In this document: piece after piece, positions 17,329-27,263 of the stretch
How the letters are laid out: every line of letters starts with the position of its first letter
Numbering within the stretch: the first letter of the stretch is position 1
Virus record (IMG/VR): IMGVR_UViG_3300022670_000095
Location: 1 to 37,217 of that record
Reading direction: 5' to 3' (one strand)
Source of the DNA: a virus
Taxonomy: Duplodnaviria > Caudoviricetes
DNA length: 37,217 nucleotides
Translations under genes and position numbers: made by a program
The notes under the pieces: generated by a model
Database searches by the model: none
What the model was told of the DNA's origin: nothing
The model's input: only the letters and a program-made list of their open reading frames with translations

Positions 17329-17943
17329 TTATCTTCTCACTTGTAAGTTGTTTGCGCCAAAGCCACGATTAGGGCCTATATTCTGCTGAACGGTTGGCTG
17401 TAAGGATGGTGTCGTTTGAAACGGCCCCATAACATTATTAAATACAGGGTTGTTAGGATCGAATGATCCTAATCCACTATTCATATCAGCAGGATTTCCT
17501 GTCTGGGCAAAACCTACCGTATTTTGCGGGGTAAGCTGAGGAAGAGTTTGCTGTAAAAAGCCTAAGTCTGGTTGCTGAACCTGAAACGGTTGCAAGCCAC
17601 TCAAGTCTACATTACCACCTAAGATAGCGTTTTGTATTTGTGGTAATCCTGCAAGTAAAGCCTGTTGAGCGCCTAAGTTACCTTGTTGAAATACATCCAG
17701 TTGAGCCGGTGAAGACTGACCAAATACATCAAGCGCACCTTGAAAGCCACGGTTTGCGGTATCTTGTGCTATCGCTATGTTTTTAGTAACATCTTCTCGG
17801 CCTTGCGCTGCCGCCGCTCTTGTTGTATCGCTTGCTAGTTGCGATGATGCTGCTTGTGATTTAGATGCTTTCTTTGCTGCATTGTTTGAAACAACGCCCC
17901 CTATCACCGCAGATGCAACCATTGCTGTCGCTATTCCTGACAT
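17329..17943 (-). CDS. DNA ejection protein (gp7-like N-terminus)
   Basis: MSGIATAMVASAVIGGVVSNNAAKKASKSQ. Confidence 0.65.
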   Translation of the reverse strand: MSGIATAMVASAVIGGVVSNNAAKKASKSQAASSQLASDTTRAAAAQGREDVTKNIAIAQDTANRGFQGALDVFGQSSPAQLDVFQQGNLGAQQALLAGLPQIQNAILGGNVDLSGLQPFQVQQPDLGFLQQTLPQLTPQNTVGFAQTGNPADMNSGLGSFDPNNPVFNNVMGPFQTTPSLQPTVQQNIGPNRGFGANNLQVRR

Positions 17944-18773
17944 AAGTCACCCTTTATTAATCTATTGTTTAAAACGTCTCTATAACTAATTGTGAACTCT
18001 TCACCTACAAAAACTGGCGCTAAAGCTCTCAATTGCCATTCACCGTCAATGAATGCTATTTCTGCATTTGGTTGTATTGCGTGATTAGTGTATCTACCTG
18101 CAATTGTTCTTTTACCGTTTTCTCTTGCTAAGCAGACAGTGTCACCGGCTTCAAAGTTTCGATAAGAAAATAAGCCTTTACCCTCTATCTTTGAATCTGC
18201 AACATAAACACAATCAATATCAAGGTTAGATAAGTCATCTTTATTATTTACTTGTTCATCTATCTGTGCTTGATTCATGCCGATACTATTAACAAATGTT
18301 AGGTAGTCAGCGCGATTGATCACAACGTTAAACAATTCTAATTCTTCAAAGGTTTCAGCAGTGATAAACTTTTGAATGTCATCGCCACTTTTGCCAGTGT
18401 AAGGGTGAAAGGTAATCCAAGTTGTATCTTCGTGTGCATAGCCTGCGCGCTTTTTACCTGCCATACCCATAAAGCAGTTATAGCCGGTAAATCTTTTTGT
18501 TTCGCCATTGTCAGTTGATACGGTTATATCACCGCTAATCATTACATCAAAATGATTAAACTTGTAAATCTGACCAGTTAGAATTGTGTCTTTAGGTATA
18601 GTTATCTCACGACCATACATGCCGCCATGAATATAATGTTTAACAGGTATCTCAAGTTGAGGCTGTTCTTTTGCGAACTCCTCAAACTTAAGTAGGCTTT
18701 CACGGTTTAACGTGCGACTACCTACGCATATATCATCGATTACTTTCAATGCTGCACTCAAACTAAAATCCAC
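17931..18773 (-). CDS. Cupin-like plus SET-domain fusion (putative lysine methyltransferase)
   Basis: Cupin: HYIHGGMYGREITIPKDTILTG...KRAGYAHEDTTWITFH. SET: SKIEGKGLF, RYTNHAIQPNA, GEEFTISY. Confidence 0.85.
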   Translation of the reverse strand: MDFSLSAALKVIDDICVGSRTLNRESLLKFEEFAKEQPQLEIPVKHYIHGGMYGREITIPKDTILTGQIYKFNHFDVMISGDITVSTDNGETKRFTGYNCFMGMAGKKRAGYAHEDTTWITFHPYTGKSGDDIQKFITAETFEELELFNVVINRADYLTFVNSIGMNQAQIDEQVNNKDDLSNLDIDCVYVADSKIEGKGLFSYRNFEAGDTVCLARENGKRTIAGRYTNHAIQPNAEIAFIDGEWQLRALAPVFVGEEFTISYRDVLNNRLIKGDLCQE

Positions 18774-19027
18774 CCTTTCGTTGTATCACCTAAGCCGTCA
18801 TCGGCATCGCGCTTAATGTATTTTATATTTCCAGTAGTGCCAATTAAATCCATGTATTCCGCAGTCTGTATTGCAGGTACAACACCTTCTGGACTGCCCT
18901 CGCCTATTATTGTTGACTGTGACGTAATAATATTAAACCAAGTGTTTAACTGTGTTGACGGGGATAAGTCCTCATTAACAAGCGGTCTTGTGCTACTTGG
19001 TTGCGCTACCCGTCTATTATCTGCCAC
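18758..19027 (-). CDS. Small tail protein (gp26/needle position)
   Basis: Directly after the gp10-like gene; GEGSPEGVV.A...Y.D...YIK...GW motif. Confidence 0.55.
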   Translation of the reverse strand: MADNRRVAQPSSTRPLVNEDLSPSTQLNTWFNIITSQSTIIGEGSPEGVVPAIQTAEYMDLIGTTGNIKYIKRDADDGLGDTTKGWILV

Positions 19028-20495
19028 GTGTGCCAGTCCTTACCTTGGCTTCAAGCTTAATAAATACAGGCTTAACAGGGTCACTCATTATAAATTTAAA
19101 CACTGCCATGCGAGGGAATCTCCCTAATCTGTACCATATTTGACGCTTGTTAAACTCACCTATACCACCTAAATCACGACTTAATTCTTGGTTGAAGCTT
19201 CGCCCGTCTTTAGCTGTTTCTAATCTAATCTGCGGGTTAGGTACGCTTAAATCACCCACTCCACTTTCAAAGGTTGCCTCTAACATTGATACTGAAATAG
19301 AGTTACCTAAATCTGATAGCGGCTGAATAGAAATAGTTCTGATAATTTCCTTTTCGTATTCAGTATAAGTATCAACTTCCACACTGCCTATTCTACCATC
19401 TTGCGAGTCACCACACAAAACACGGTTATAAGAGGTAACAATAGAGTTAACGCGCCATCGGATAGTCTCGGTTAATCCTTTGCTATTTATGATTTGCGAC
19501 TTTCTTTCATTCCACTTACCGGTAATAGTATTGTATTCAAAAGTTCTAGTCGGCAATGAAAACCCAACAAAGTAAGCGCCGTTTTGCGCGTAAGAATAAG
19601 CAAAGGCTGACTCTATTTCCGCTTGTGTAAAGTCTTGCAGTGCTGCATCGATAGCAGTAGTTGAAACTTTCTTAGCAGAGTTGCCAGTTAATGACCATAT
19701 AGCAGGGCTTTCATTCTCACCACCACCAATCCACATAAACGAATTGTTAGAGGAAATCATCGAGAAAGGAGCAAACACACCTTTATCTAAAAAGAAGCCT
19801 GTACGCTGGAATGGAAAGCCGCCTAAGCCTAAATTCTGATGTTCTTCTATTGTTTCCGAGCCTGCAATGTAAAGCTTGTTATTGAATACGTGCAACGAGC
19901 TTATTTTATCTGGGTCTGATTCTGCGCTACCAAAATCTAAGGCGTTCCAGTCGTTACCATCGTTAGCGGCAGATTTAATAAACTTCTTTGAGTCAGTATT
20001 ACAAACAAAGAAGCTATCAATAAACACTACCAACTGAGGTGCGCCGTTCGCATTAAAATCAGCGTCAGTTATTTCTAAGAATGGAGTGCCTGCGGTTTCG
20101 TCAATAATGTAACCTTTACCACCTGGTACAAGTACCATCAACTGTTTGCCGTTATCAGCCATTGATACTCGATCTTCGCCGGGTATTGTACCTAGCGCTA
20201 CGGCTGTAAATGATTCAACACCCTCGCCATCGAAAGAGTTATCTATCCTTACTAATGTTTCACCGTTTAAAAAGTATGGTTTACCGTCTTTAACATGAGC
20301 GCCACGGTTAGCCTGCTTAACTGGGCCAGTGGTTAATATCTCGCTAAGACCTGCACCACCAAATAGAGTGCCAGGAGATAAAGCACCTTCTACTTGTGGA
20401 ATGTTAACGTACCAGTTCACACACTCTTGATTACTGATATGTAAACTGTCAGATACATAAAAGCCGTTTGATATTGGTATAGTAAGGACTGGCAT
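19017..20495 (-). CDS. Tail hub / DNA stabilisation protein (P22 gp10-like)
   Basis: VSMADNGKQL, V.FIDSFFV, ALDFGSAESDPD, GGIGEFNKRQIWYRLG. Confidence 0.85.
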   Translation of the reverse strand: MPVLTIPISNGFYVSDSLHISNQECVNWYVNIPQVEGALSPGTLFGGAGLSEILTTGPVKQANRGAHVKDGKPYFLNGETLVRIDNSFDGEGVESFTAVALGTIPGEDRVSMADNGKQLMVLVPGGKGYIIDETAGTPFLEITDADFNANGAPQLVVFIDSFFVCNTDSKKFIKSAANDGNDWNALDFGSAESDPDKISSLHVFNNKLYIAGSETIEEHQNLGLGGFPFQRTGFFLDKGVFAPFSMISSNNSFMWIGGGENESPAIWSLTGNSAKKVSTTAIDAALQDFTQAEIESAFAYSYAQNGAYFVGFSLPTRTFEYNTITGKWNERKSQIINSKGLTETIRWRVNSIVTSYNRVLCGDSQDGRIGSVEVDTYTEYEKEIIRTISIQPLSDLGNSISVSMLEATFESGVGDLSVPNPQIRLETAKDGRSFNQELSRDLGGIGEFNKRQIWYRLGRFPRMAVFKFIMSDPVKPVFIKLEAKVRTGTRGR

Positions 20496-22114
20496 TAGCG
20501 AGCCTGTACTGTAAATGAGCTATCTAACTCAGATACAACGTTATCGGTTGATCCAACATTAGCTACTTGGAATTTTACATAATCATTTTTGTTTAATGTT
20601 ATGTTGTCAAAGTAAACATAGTAAGCAACATTTCTCCCGCCTTGTAGCGCATTAATGACTCGGGTTTGTGTTTTTCCGTCCTCGAAAGATGTGCTGGCAC
20701 TTCTAAATACAACTGATTTTATAGTTATAACATCGTTAGCTGTACCATCAATAACAAACTGCGCTCCAATTTGGTACTCTCTAGGCGAATCACCAAGGTG
20801 CCTTAATTGGCCGTTAGCAGGGGAGTCAAAATGCTGCAATCCTGATACTGTATATGTGCCGGCTAAATCAACAAAAACAGAATCAGTTACAATTGTTGTT
20901 GTAATCTCTGTTGATACAGCAGCTTCACCACCGACAAAAGTGTTGTCTATTCCGTTATTGCCCATCCATTCGCTAATCAGGTCACTGGCCGCTACGTTTG
21001 GAATTATATTAGTATCTGTCGCATCAAACACACCATCTCTAGTGATTATACAACCGTCTAATTGAAGTGTTGACGGGTTAGAAAAGTTACTAGCTGAAAA
21101 GTCGATGAATGATGCGCTTGCAGGTAAATCAATATTCTGATTACTCCTAAAGCGTGAGGCCATATCAAATCCAGCGCCCGCTTTAAATAAAGAATACGCG
21201 CCATCATCTAAGCTACGGACGATTGATGTGTCAATAAAGTAACCGCCAACCCATGTACCAATCAACTCTAACTGAGGCATACCACCAAAGCGACCAGTAC
21301 CAACCTCTAAGCCTTGTCGGTAATTCTCAATAGAACCAAGCGATGTGCAATCATTCCAGTTAACGCGAGAAAATTCGAAAGCATCAAAGCCAGTACTTGA
21401 TACTAGCTCGTATACTTTTGAGCCTGCTCCAGTTACTTCAACAGCGTAATCCATTCCTAATACGTTGCCACTACCGCCAACAGGAGACACAAACATTGTG
21501 TAACCTGCTGCGCTAGATATTAATTTAGATAAATCAAAGCTATAACCTGTAATTGTTAACCCGCCTGCTGGTATCTCTATTGATTGGCTACCCATATCAA
21601 CGATGCCATCAAGAAAGTACTGTTTCATACTATCAAGAGTGCCCGCTAAATCACTAGCCTCAGTGACCACCACTCGATTAGATAAACCAGTAGCAGGATC
21701 AACAGTGTTAGTGAGCTTTATATTGTCACCAGTCTTAATGATGGAAATACCTAGACCAGCAGTGAATGAACTCATAACAGGTTGATCATTAGATAATCCG
21801 CTAGTTATAGGAACGCCTGTAGCGTCTTGTAATACATTCCAACCTAAAGTTATACCATTCTCAGGGCTAACACTTGCAATGATACCGTTACCGCTCTCGA
21901 TAGCTCTAATCTGATAATCTTGGGCAGTAGGCTCACTTAATACTTGAACGGCTAAAGGGTCGCCGATTGCAGTTAATGTGCCGGTAACACCAAGGCTTAT
22001 TTTAAAGTCTGAGAATGCTACGTTTTTATTAGTACCGTTGACAACAAAGGTAAATAGGTCGCTATCATTTAGTGACGTACTTACGTTGAAGCTACTTATT
22101 TTTTGACTAGTCAT
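20495..22114 (-). CDS. Extra virion fibre or appendage protein
   Basis: QKISSF...LNDSDLF...TNKNV N-terminal motif; beta-rich; lies between gp4 and gp10. Confidence 0.55.
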   Translation of the reverse strand: MTSQKISSFNVSTSLNDSDLFTFVVNGTNKNVAFSDFKISLGVTGTLTAIGDPLAVQVLSEPTAQDYQIRAIESGNGIIASVSPENGITLGWNVLQDATGVPITSGLSNDQPVMSSFTAGLGISIIKTGDNIKLTNTVDPATGLSNRVVVTEASDLAGTLDSMKQYFLDGIVDMGSQSIEIPAGGLTITGYSFDLSKLISSAAGYTMFVSPVGGSGNVLGMDYAVEVTGAGSKVYELVSSTGFDAFEFSRVNWNDCTSLGSIENYRQGLEVGTGRFGGMPQLELIGTWVGGYFIDTSIVRSLDDGAYSLFKAGAGFDMASRFRSNQNIDLPASASFIDFSASNFSNPSTLQLDGCIITRDGVFDATDTNIIPNVAASDLISEWMGNNGIDNTFVGGEAAVSTEITTTIVTDSVFVDLAGTYTVSGLQHFDSPANGQLRHLGDSPREYQIGAQFVIDGTANDVITIKSVVFRSASTSFEDGKTQTRVINALQGGRNVAYYVYFDNITLNKNDYVKFQVANVGSTDNVVSELDSSFTVQAR

Positions 22115-22584
22115 TAAGTGTCACTCTCTAAAAGAATTGAGCCGCCTTGCTCTGCCAATAATTCATCATCAGGACAAGGGTAAAAGTGTTGGTTATTGAA
22201 TGTGTTTTCTTGCTCGTTACCACTACCAATAGGAAGCGTACAAGGGAAAGAGGTAGGTTTAACTACTATTGCAATCTTTCTAATTTCAGCTAGGCCATCA
22301 CGCGCGCTCTGTAATAGCTCAGCGGTCAATGACATATCGTAAGAAGTTAATAGGCGTTTAGCTAAGTTGAATATAACACCTTCGATAGCGCCATCAGGAA
22401 TTGTAATAGCATCACTAGGATTAGTTACAGTCGTAAAGCCCAATAGGTTGTAAGGCGTGGTGGTCATCATTCGATTAAGATAGCGACGACCTGTTTGAAA
22501 GTCTACCGTCTGTAATGCTTGCTCACTAGCTTGGACTAGGATTTCTTGTAGCGCGTCATTGATAACGCTTTCGGCGGTTTCCAT
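22114..22584 (-). CDS. Head-tail adaptor (P22 gp4-like)
   Basis: TAESVINDAL...LNRMM...NLA.RL...LPIGSGN. Confidence 0.8.
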   Translation of the reverse strand: METAESVINDALQEILVQASEQALQTVDFQTGRRYLNRMMTTTPYNLLGFTTVTNPSDAITIPDGAIEGVIFNLAKRLLTSYDMSLTAELLQSARDGLAEIRKIAIVVKPTSFPCTLPIGSGNEQENTFNNQHFYPCPDDELLAEQGGSILLESDT

Positions 22585-22796
22585 TAGTCAGCCTTTTTAT
22601 TTGCTTTCTTTTTGGTGGGTTCTTTTTTCTCAACCTCAACTTCGATTACTTCCTCGGCAACTTCTTCAGTAACCTCTTCGATAACTTCAACTTCTTTAGT
22701 CGGGTCTTCAACAGCCCAACCAATGGATAACGCATAAGCAAGGGAGTTGTCGTTTACTTGTACTTCTTTGCCATTAGGTTTAAATAGTGTATTCAT
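22584..22796 (-). CDS. Small protein with an acidic stretch and Lys-rich tail
   Basis: Downstream of coat; E/V-rich repeat then KKEPTKKKANKKAD. Confidence 0.7.
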   Translation of the reverse strand: MNTLFKPNGKEVQVNDNSLAYALSIGWAVEDPTKEVEVIEEVTEEVAEEVIEVEVEKKEPTKKKANKKAD

Positions 22797-22824
22797 TTTG
22801 CGCCCCTGTTAATAAACTTGATGA

Positions 22825-22846
22825 TAGCCACTCGCTAAAGTGGCTA
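22825..22846 (-). terminator. Hairpin after the coat gene (weak terminator or mRNA stabiliser)
   Basis: tagccact-cgctaa-agtggcta; no clear U tract. Confidence 0.45.
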
Positions 22847-22861
22847 CGATAAGATTACTAA

Positions 22862-24130
22862 CTAACCGCCAAAACCTTGACCAGCGAAGAACGGATTCAT
22901 TACGCCGTATGCAGGGCGGAAATCAATACGAACTAAGTTTTGGTTTTCAAGGAAGTTAGATCCCTTGCTTACTCGCAACTGTAAACCGTCTGCCGTTGTA
23001 GCAACAGTATCAGTTGAGTGCAACTTCTTAATAGGTACAGAAGCAACAGTAAATGCTTGCTTGTGCCAAAATAGATTAGGTTGAATAATCTGATTTTGTG
23101 CGCCACCAAGAGTAATAACAGCACCCGCCACAATAGCTGCATCAGCAGTATTATATTGACCATCAGCCTCATTGATACAAGGGCCAGTAACTGTGATATT
23201 ACCAGCGCCAGCACCATCAAGTGTAACTGCCTCTGTAACTGTGGCAGTCCATGAGATTTGAGAGCCAGTCTCATCAATCATTGGTAATCGAGTTGAAAGA
23301 TTCAAACGACTTGGGCCAGTAATAGTAACAGTTTCACCGGCGGCAATTTCTAAATCAAACTCAAACGCTGTAACACCTATAACCTGTGTCATTGTATTTC
23401 GAGCAGCTAAGTAAGTTGCAACAGGAGTACCGACAACAGTACCAGCACGATCAGCACCTTGATCACCCGTACGGTAATTAGCTAAGGTAGTTGCAGTCAT
23501 TACTTTCATGCCTGCAAAGTTATCAGTGATTGTTGCCATTTGGTTAGCTGTCATACCGCCAGTTTCACCACCTAAACTACGTTGATCACTTGATAATGAA
23601 CGCTGAACAAACGGATTAACCGCATAATTCCACATGCCATCTTTAGGGATGCCAGATGCTTGCATCATTGCGCCAGCTTCAGCAACATGATCCCAAGTTG
23701 AAACCGCAGTACCAACAGTACCAGCAAGTAACGCAGTATTCTTCATCATGAATGCAGCGTAATCGGTTTCAAAGTCAGTAACGATACGAGTCGCCATTGG
23801 CGCAAGTAATTCGTCTAACTGATCCATTTTGATAGCTTCATCAGCTTCATCATAATCAACGAAAGAGGTGAAGTAATCCTGAACAACTGCCGATGCTTTA
23901 CCGGTAACTATTGAAGATTTAGTTGCACCTGACACATCACCTGTTGAAGTACGAACCGTTTTAAAATCAGTCGGGCGTTTAACGTCAATGGTATCACCCG
24001 TTGAGCCGTTAAATTTACCAGCGAAAAGTTGAGTATCAACGTTTTTAGTTAAGACGCGCTCTGATTCAAACTTATCTAAGAAAGAACGCATTAGTTTACG
24101 TGAGAAATTACTATCGAAATTATTAGCCAT
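22862..24130 (-). CDS. Major capsid protein (P22 gp5-like)
   Basis: MANNF...GDTIDVKRP...NLFWHKQAF...RIDF..YG; follows the scaffold gene. Confidence 0.9.
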   Translation of the reverse strand: MANNFDSNFSRKLMRSFLDKFESERVLTKNVDTQLFAGKFNGSTGDTIDVKRPTDFKTVRTSTGDVSGATKSSIVTGKASAVVQDYFTSFVDYDEADEAIKMDQLDELLAPMATRIVTDFETDYAAFMMKNTALLAGTVGTAVSTWDHVAEAGAMMQASGIPKDGMWNYAVNPFVQRSLSSDQRSLGGETGGMTANQMATITDNFAGMKVMTATTLANYRTGDQGADRAGTVVGTPVATYLAARNTMTQVIGVTAFEFDLEIAAGETVTITGPSRLNLSTRLPMIDETGSQISWTATVTEAVTLDGAGAGNITVTGPCINEADGQYNTADAAIVAGAVITLGGAQNQIIQPNLFWHKQAFTVASVPIKKLHSTDTVATTADGLQLRVSKGSNFLENQNLVRIDFRPAYGVMNPFFAGQGFGG

Positions 24131-24145
24131 GAGTGGCTCCTTTAA

Positions 24146-24958
24146 TTATGTAAATGTAGCGCCTTTGATGTTGTTATATCCATCGTTAGGTGCTGCGCCA
24201 TTACCTTGCAAATTAGTTGCTGGTGCTGGTGCGTTGCTTGTTTTCGGTTTTAATGCGCTAGCTTTCAGCTTTAACTCTGCAAACTTTGCTCCAGCCAAGA
24301 TGGGGTTCATGGTGTTTAGTTCATGAGCCTCTTGTGGGTTAGCTGCTAAATGTTTAGCAATAAAATAACCGTCTGGGTCTGACATAATTGCATTCCCGAT
24401 ATCACCAGTCATCCCACCATTATTAAGAGTATTCACTACTGAATTAAACTCTTCGTCTGTGGCTCCCATTTTCTTAGCGTTAGCCGTAAAGCTATTAGCA
24501 AGTTCTGCTTGTTTCCGCTGTGTTTCTTGCGCTGCTTGTTGTTGAGTAAATTGCTGTTGCTGCAAATAAGCGTTGTTTGTCGCGTTAAAGTTAGCTTGTG
24601 CAACTATTGCATCATCACGTTGCTTTAACTTCGCATCAAAATCATCATCAAAACTATCTGGCATTGGTGGAATGTTACCCACTGTTGCCGCTTGACGTTC
24701 ACGTTCGGCTTGTTCATGTTTAGAGTTAATCTCGCGTTGTACTGCTAAATCACGCTCTAACTGTTTCTTCTCGCCGTACTGCTTATTAAATGCTGCGTTT
24801 GCTTTTTCCTGTGCAACTGCTACTTCATCAACTTGTTCGGTAGATTCAGCCTGAACTTGGCTACTAGTATCCGACTCTAGTGCAGAATCATTTGTTGCAA
24901 CTTCCTCGTTAACTACTTCGTTAATCGGCTCATTGCTTTGCGGAGATGTATCACTCAT
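24146..24958 (-). CDS. Scaffolding protein
   Basis: Acidic N-terminus, coiled coil, K.SNAPAP C-terminus; directly upstream of coat. Start may be 24979. Confidence 0.8.
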   Translation of the reverse strand: MSDTSPQSNEPINEVVNEEVATNDSALESDTSSQVQAESTEQVDEVAVAQEKANAAFNKQYGEKKQLERDLAVQREINSKHEQAERERQAATVGNIPPMPDSFDDDFDAKLKQRDDAIVAQANFNATNNAYLQQQQFTQQQAAQETQRKQAELANSFTANAKKMGATDEEFNSVVNTLNNGGMTGDIGNAIMSDPDGYFIAKHLAANPQEAHELNTMNPILAGAKFAELKLKASALKPKTSNAPAPATNLQGNGAAPNDGYNNIKGATFT

Positions 24959-25055
24959 GTTATTCGACCTTAAAGGCATTAGTCTTTCGACTGAGCAGTT
25001 ATTAATGGCTAACTGTTGGCACTAAGAAATAGTCAAAATAACTACTTCTTGGCTT

Positions 25056-25083
25056 ATTTTAACACATTAGCTTATTAGTGCAA
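25056..25083 (-). promoter_or_regulatory. Putative promoter of the scaffold-coat-tail operon
   Basis: TTGCAC-16-TAAAAT with TG extension. Confidence 0.5.
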
Positions 25084-25134
25084 ATGGCTACTATTTAGTG
25101 TGATTGGCTAAGGGTGAATTAACTTGATAATAGT

Positions 25135-25172
25135 GTTGACTTGAAACGGATATGCGTTACACTTGAGTCAAC
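25135..25172 (+). promoter_or_regulatory. Putative promoter of the inserted island, framed by inverted repeat GTTGACT...AGTCAAC
   Basis: TTGACT(25136-41)-16-TACACT(25158-63); GAGGA RBS follows. Confidence 0.55.
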
Positions 25173-25190
25173 TTAATAAGAGGATAAGAA

Positions 25191-25562
25191 ATGAAAAATG
25201 TTATATTTGTAGATGGATTTATTGCTGCGTTGATGTACTTTGCACTTATTGAGGGTAACGAGTATGCAAGTAATTTGTTTTGGCCAGTGTTTTGGTTGTT
25301 TGTATTTATGAGCTTTATTGTATTGATTAGCCTATCTAGTGAAGAGTTAAAAGCGATAATACTAAAGAATAGAAAGCCAAACCCTGCATGGAAAGAAAAG
25401 TACAGTCAGGTTTACGATGTTTCTTTTTCTGCAACACTGGCTATTCTTGGTTTTCAATGGTCTGCGGCTTGTTGGTTTATTGTGTCAGCAATTACTGGAT
25501 GCTTAATTAGAGATGCAGATAAAAAAATCAGAGAAGATCTTGCTAAGGAGTCACATGACTAA
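25191..25562 (+). CDS. Multi-pass membrane protein
   Basis: Three to four hydrophobic helices. Confidence 0.7.
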   Translation: MKNVIFVDGFIAALMYFALIEGNEYASNLFWPVFWLFVFMSFIVLISLSSEELKAIILKNRKPNPAWKEKYSQVYDVSFSATLAILGFQWSAACWFIVSAITGCLIRDADKKIREDLAKESHD

Positions 25563-25707
25563 ATTAATAGACTGCCCTGTATGCAAGAAGAAAGATCAAC
25601 CTGTGCGTGAAGATGCAAAAGTATGTTGTTCATCATGCAGGGTTAAACAATGGCGATTAAACATTAAATCAATGCGTGATAAGGAGTGTGACGATGTATT
25701 ACGTTGA
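25555..25707 (+). CDS. Small zinc-finger protein
   Basis: MTKLIDCPVC...VCCSSCRVKQWR; AGGAG RBS. Confidence 0.6.
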   Translation: MTKLIDCPVCKKKDQPVREDAKVCCSSCRVKQWRLNIKSMRDKECDDVLR

Positions 25708-25858
25708 AATGTTAATAGATGGGCAACTGCACTATAGGAATACACCACAAGGGCAATGGGTCGAGTTTACTAGTAAGATGCTCAATGATCGCATTATAGA
25801 GCTTGAGGCTAGATTACTAGCTGAGATTAAAGGGTGTGATGATGAAATTAGAATATAA
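25694..25858 (+). CDS. Hypothetical protein
   Basis: MYYVEMLIDGQLHYRNTPQGQW; AGGAG RBS. Confidence 0.6.
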   Translation: MYYVEMLIDGQLHYRNTPQGQWVEFTSKMLNDRIIELEARLLAEIKGCDDEIRI

Positions 25859-26287
25859 ACTGAAAGACAGTAATGACGTAATAAGTACGATAATTGAGGT
25901 CAGTGAAAGGCCTGATATATCAATACTAGTTGACGGGGTTGCTGTTCTATTTCTTTGCGGCCTTGATATTGAAAGCATTAACATCACAGAGCTAATTAAG
26001 GATTTATAATGAACAAATACACACGAAGAACAATCAATCAGAAAGCATACTTACACGATAAAGAATATGTAACCGTTGAAGATGCTGAAGCTTTATTAAT
26101 TGCACTGGCTAATGCTGCTGTTAAAGCTGGTGCTGATGAAAGTAAAATGATGGAGTATATGACTGATGAAACTTAGGAGTAAAATTTGGTGTGCTTTTAT
26201 AATAACTATATGTAACACGTACTTTTTACTAGGGGTTTATGTAGTTATGTTGCTAGGAACTTGGATGATGATTAACGGGGTATTTGA

Positions 26288-26479
26288 GTGATGAATGATT
26301 TTCAACTGTGGTTTTCAATTGTTATTTATGCCTTTATGGGGCTAGGTACATTTGCATCAACTAAAAAAATAGAAGACGAAACACCCATGCACTTTGTTGC
26401 GGTGTTTTTACTATGGCCTGTGTTGCTGCTGATGTTTTCTATAATGTTTTTATTTACAGGAAAGAGAATTCATGAATAA
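26288..26479 (+). CDS. Two-TM small membrane protein
   Basis: Hydrophobic; ..LLWPVLL motif. Confidence 0.6.
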   Translation: MMNDFQLWFSIVIYAFMGLGTFASTKKIEDETPMHFVAVFLLWPVLLLMFSIMFLFTGKRIHE

Positions 26480-26520
26480 CGAATTACCAGAAGAGTTACA
26501 AGAATCGTTTAAGGATATAT

Positions 26521-26739
26521 TTGGGAGTGATGATTGATTCTGCTAGTGATGTATTTATAGGGATAATGATAGGTATAGTTCTCGGGTTTATTGTATTTCT
26601 TACCCGTCAAGATTTCTTGCAGCAACAATGCGACAATCAGTTAATCAAAGAAAACAAACCTAGAAATTTTGTATGCGTAGTCAGGATGAGAGCTACTGTC
26701 GTGAACAACCTTAAATCAAAGGAGGGTAGTGATGAATAA
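26521..26739 (+). CDS. Single-TM hypothetical protein
   Basis: N-terminal TM segment followed by C...C. Confidence 0.55.
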   Translation: MGVMIDSASDVFIGIMIGIVLGFIVFLTRQDFLQQQCDNQLIKENKPRNFVCVVRMRATVVNNLKSKEGSDE

Positions 26740-26935
26740 CACAGATAAACCTAGAATCAGATGGTGGGGCAATGGCGATGTTCATACTGATTGCCATAAT
26801 GCGTTTATTAAATGCTACCCGAATGCTGATTATAGCAAGGTCACATTTAGGAGCAATTATCAGCTTTTCGATATGTCAAAATTAGTCTGGTCACTACCCA
26901 ACTTAAAAGTGAGTACCGTAACTAATGAACGATAA
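26729..26935 (+). CDS. Hypothetical protein
   Basis: GGAGG RBS. Confidence 0.6.
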   Translation: MMNNTDKPRIRWWGNGDVHTDCHNAFIKCYPNADYSKVTFRSNYQLFDMSKLVWSLPNLKVSTVTNER

Positions 26936-27263
26936 ACTATTAAGAGCTTTTATAGAGGCGCAAGGGTTTGAGGTTAAGGAGATAGTTGATACAAAAGAAA
27001 CACCAATACCAAGGCGCTCAGGGCTAGCCGTTCACCACAACTTAGCAGTAGATAACCAAGGTGCATACAAGCGAGGTGAAGACGAATGCTATTACCTTAA
27101 AGCATCTATGGAGGTTGATTACAAACTAACTAAGCGTGAAGATACAGCCTTATCTTTGTTGCGTGAGATTGTTAAAGGTGATCATGACTATGTTAACGAG
27201 TACAATTTAGGTGTTGATTTATTTAAGAGGATTAAGGAGTTAACTGATGAAAATAACACTTAA
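26925..27263 (+). CDS. Hypothetical protein
   Basis: Coupled ORF. Confidence 0.65.
   Translation: MNDKLLRAFIEAQGFEVKEIVDTKETPIPRRSGLAVHHNLAVDNQGAYKRGEDECYYLKASMEVDYKLTKREDTALSLLREIVKGDHDYVNEYNLGVDLFKRIKELTDENNT

Noticed and set aside
11870-24326. Plus-strand and alternate-frame ORFs overlapping structural genes (for example 11870, 14435, 18816, 20655, 22969)
   Set aside because: They are nested in well-supported genes and show no recognisable motifs.
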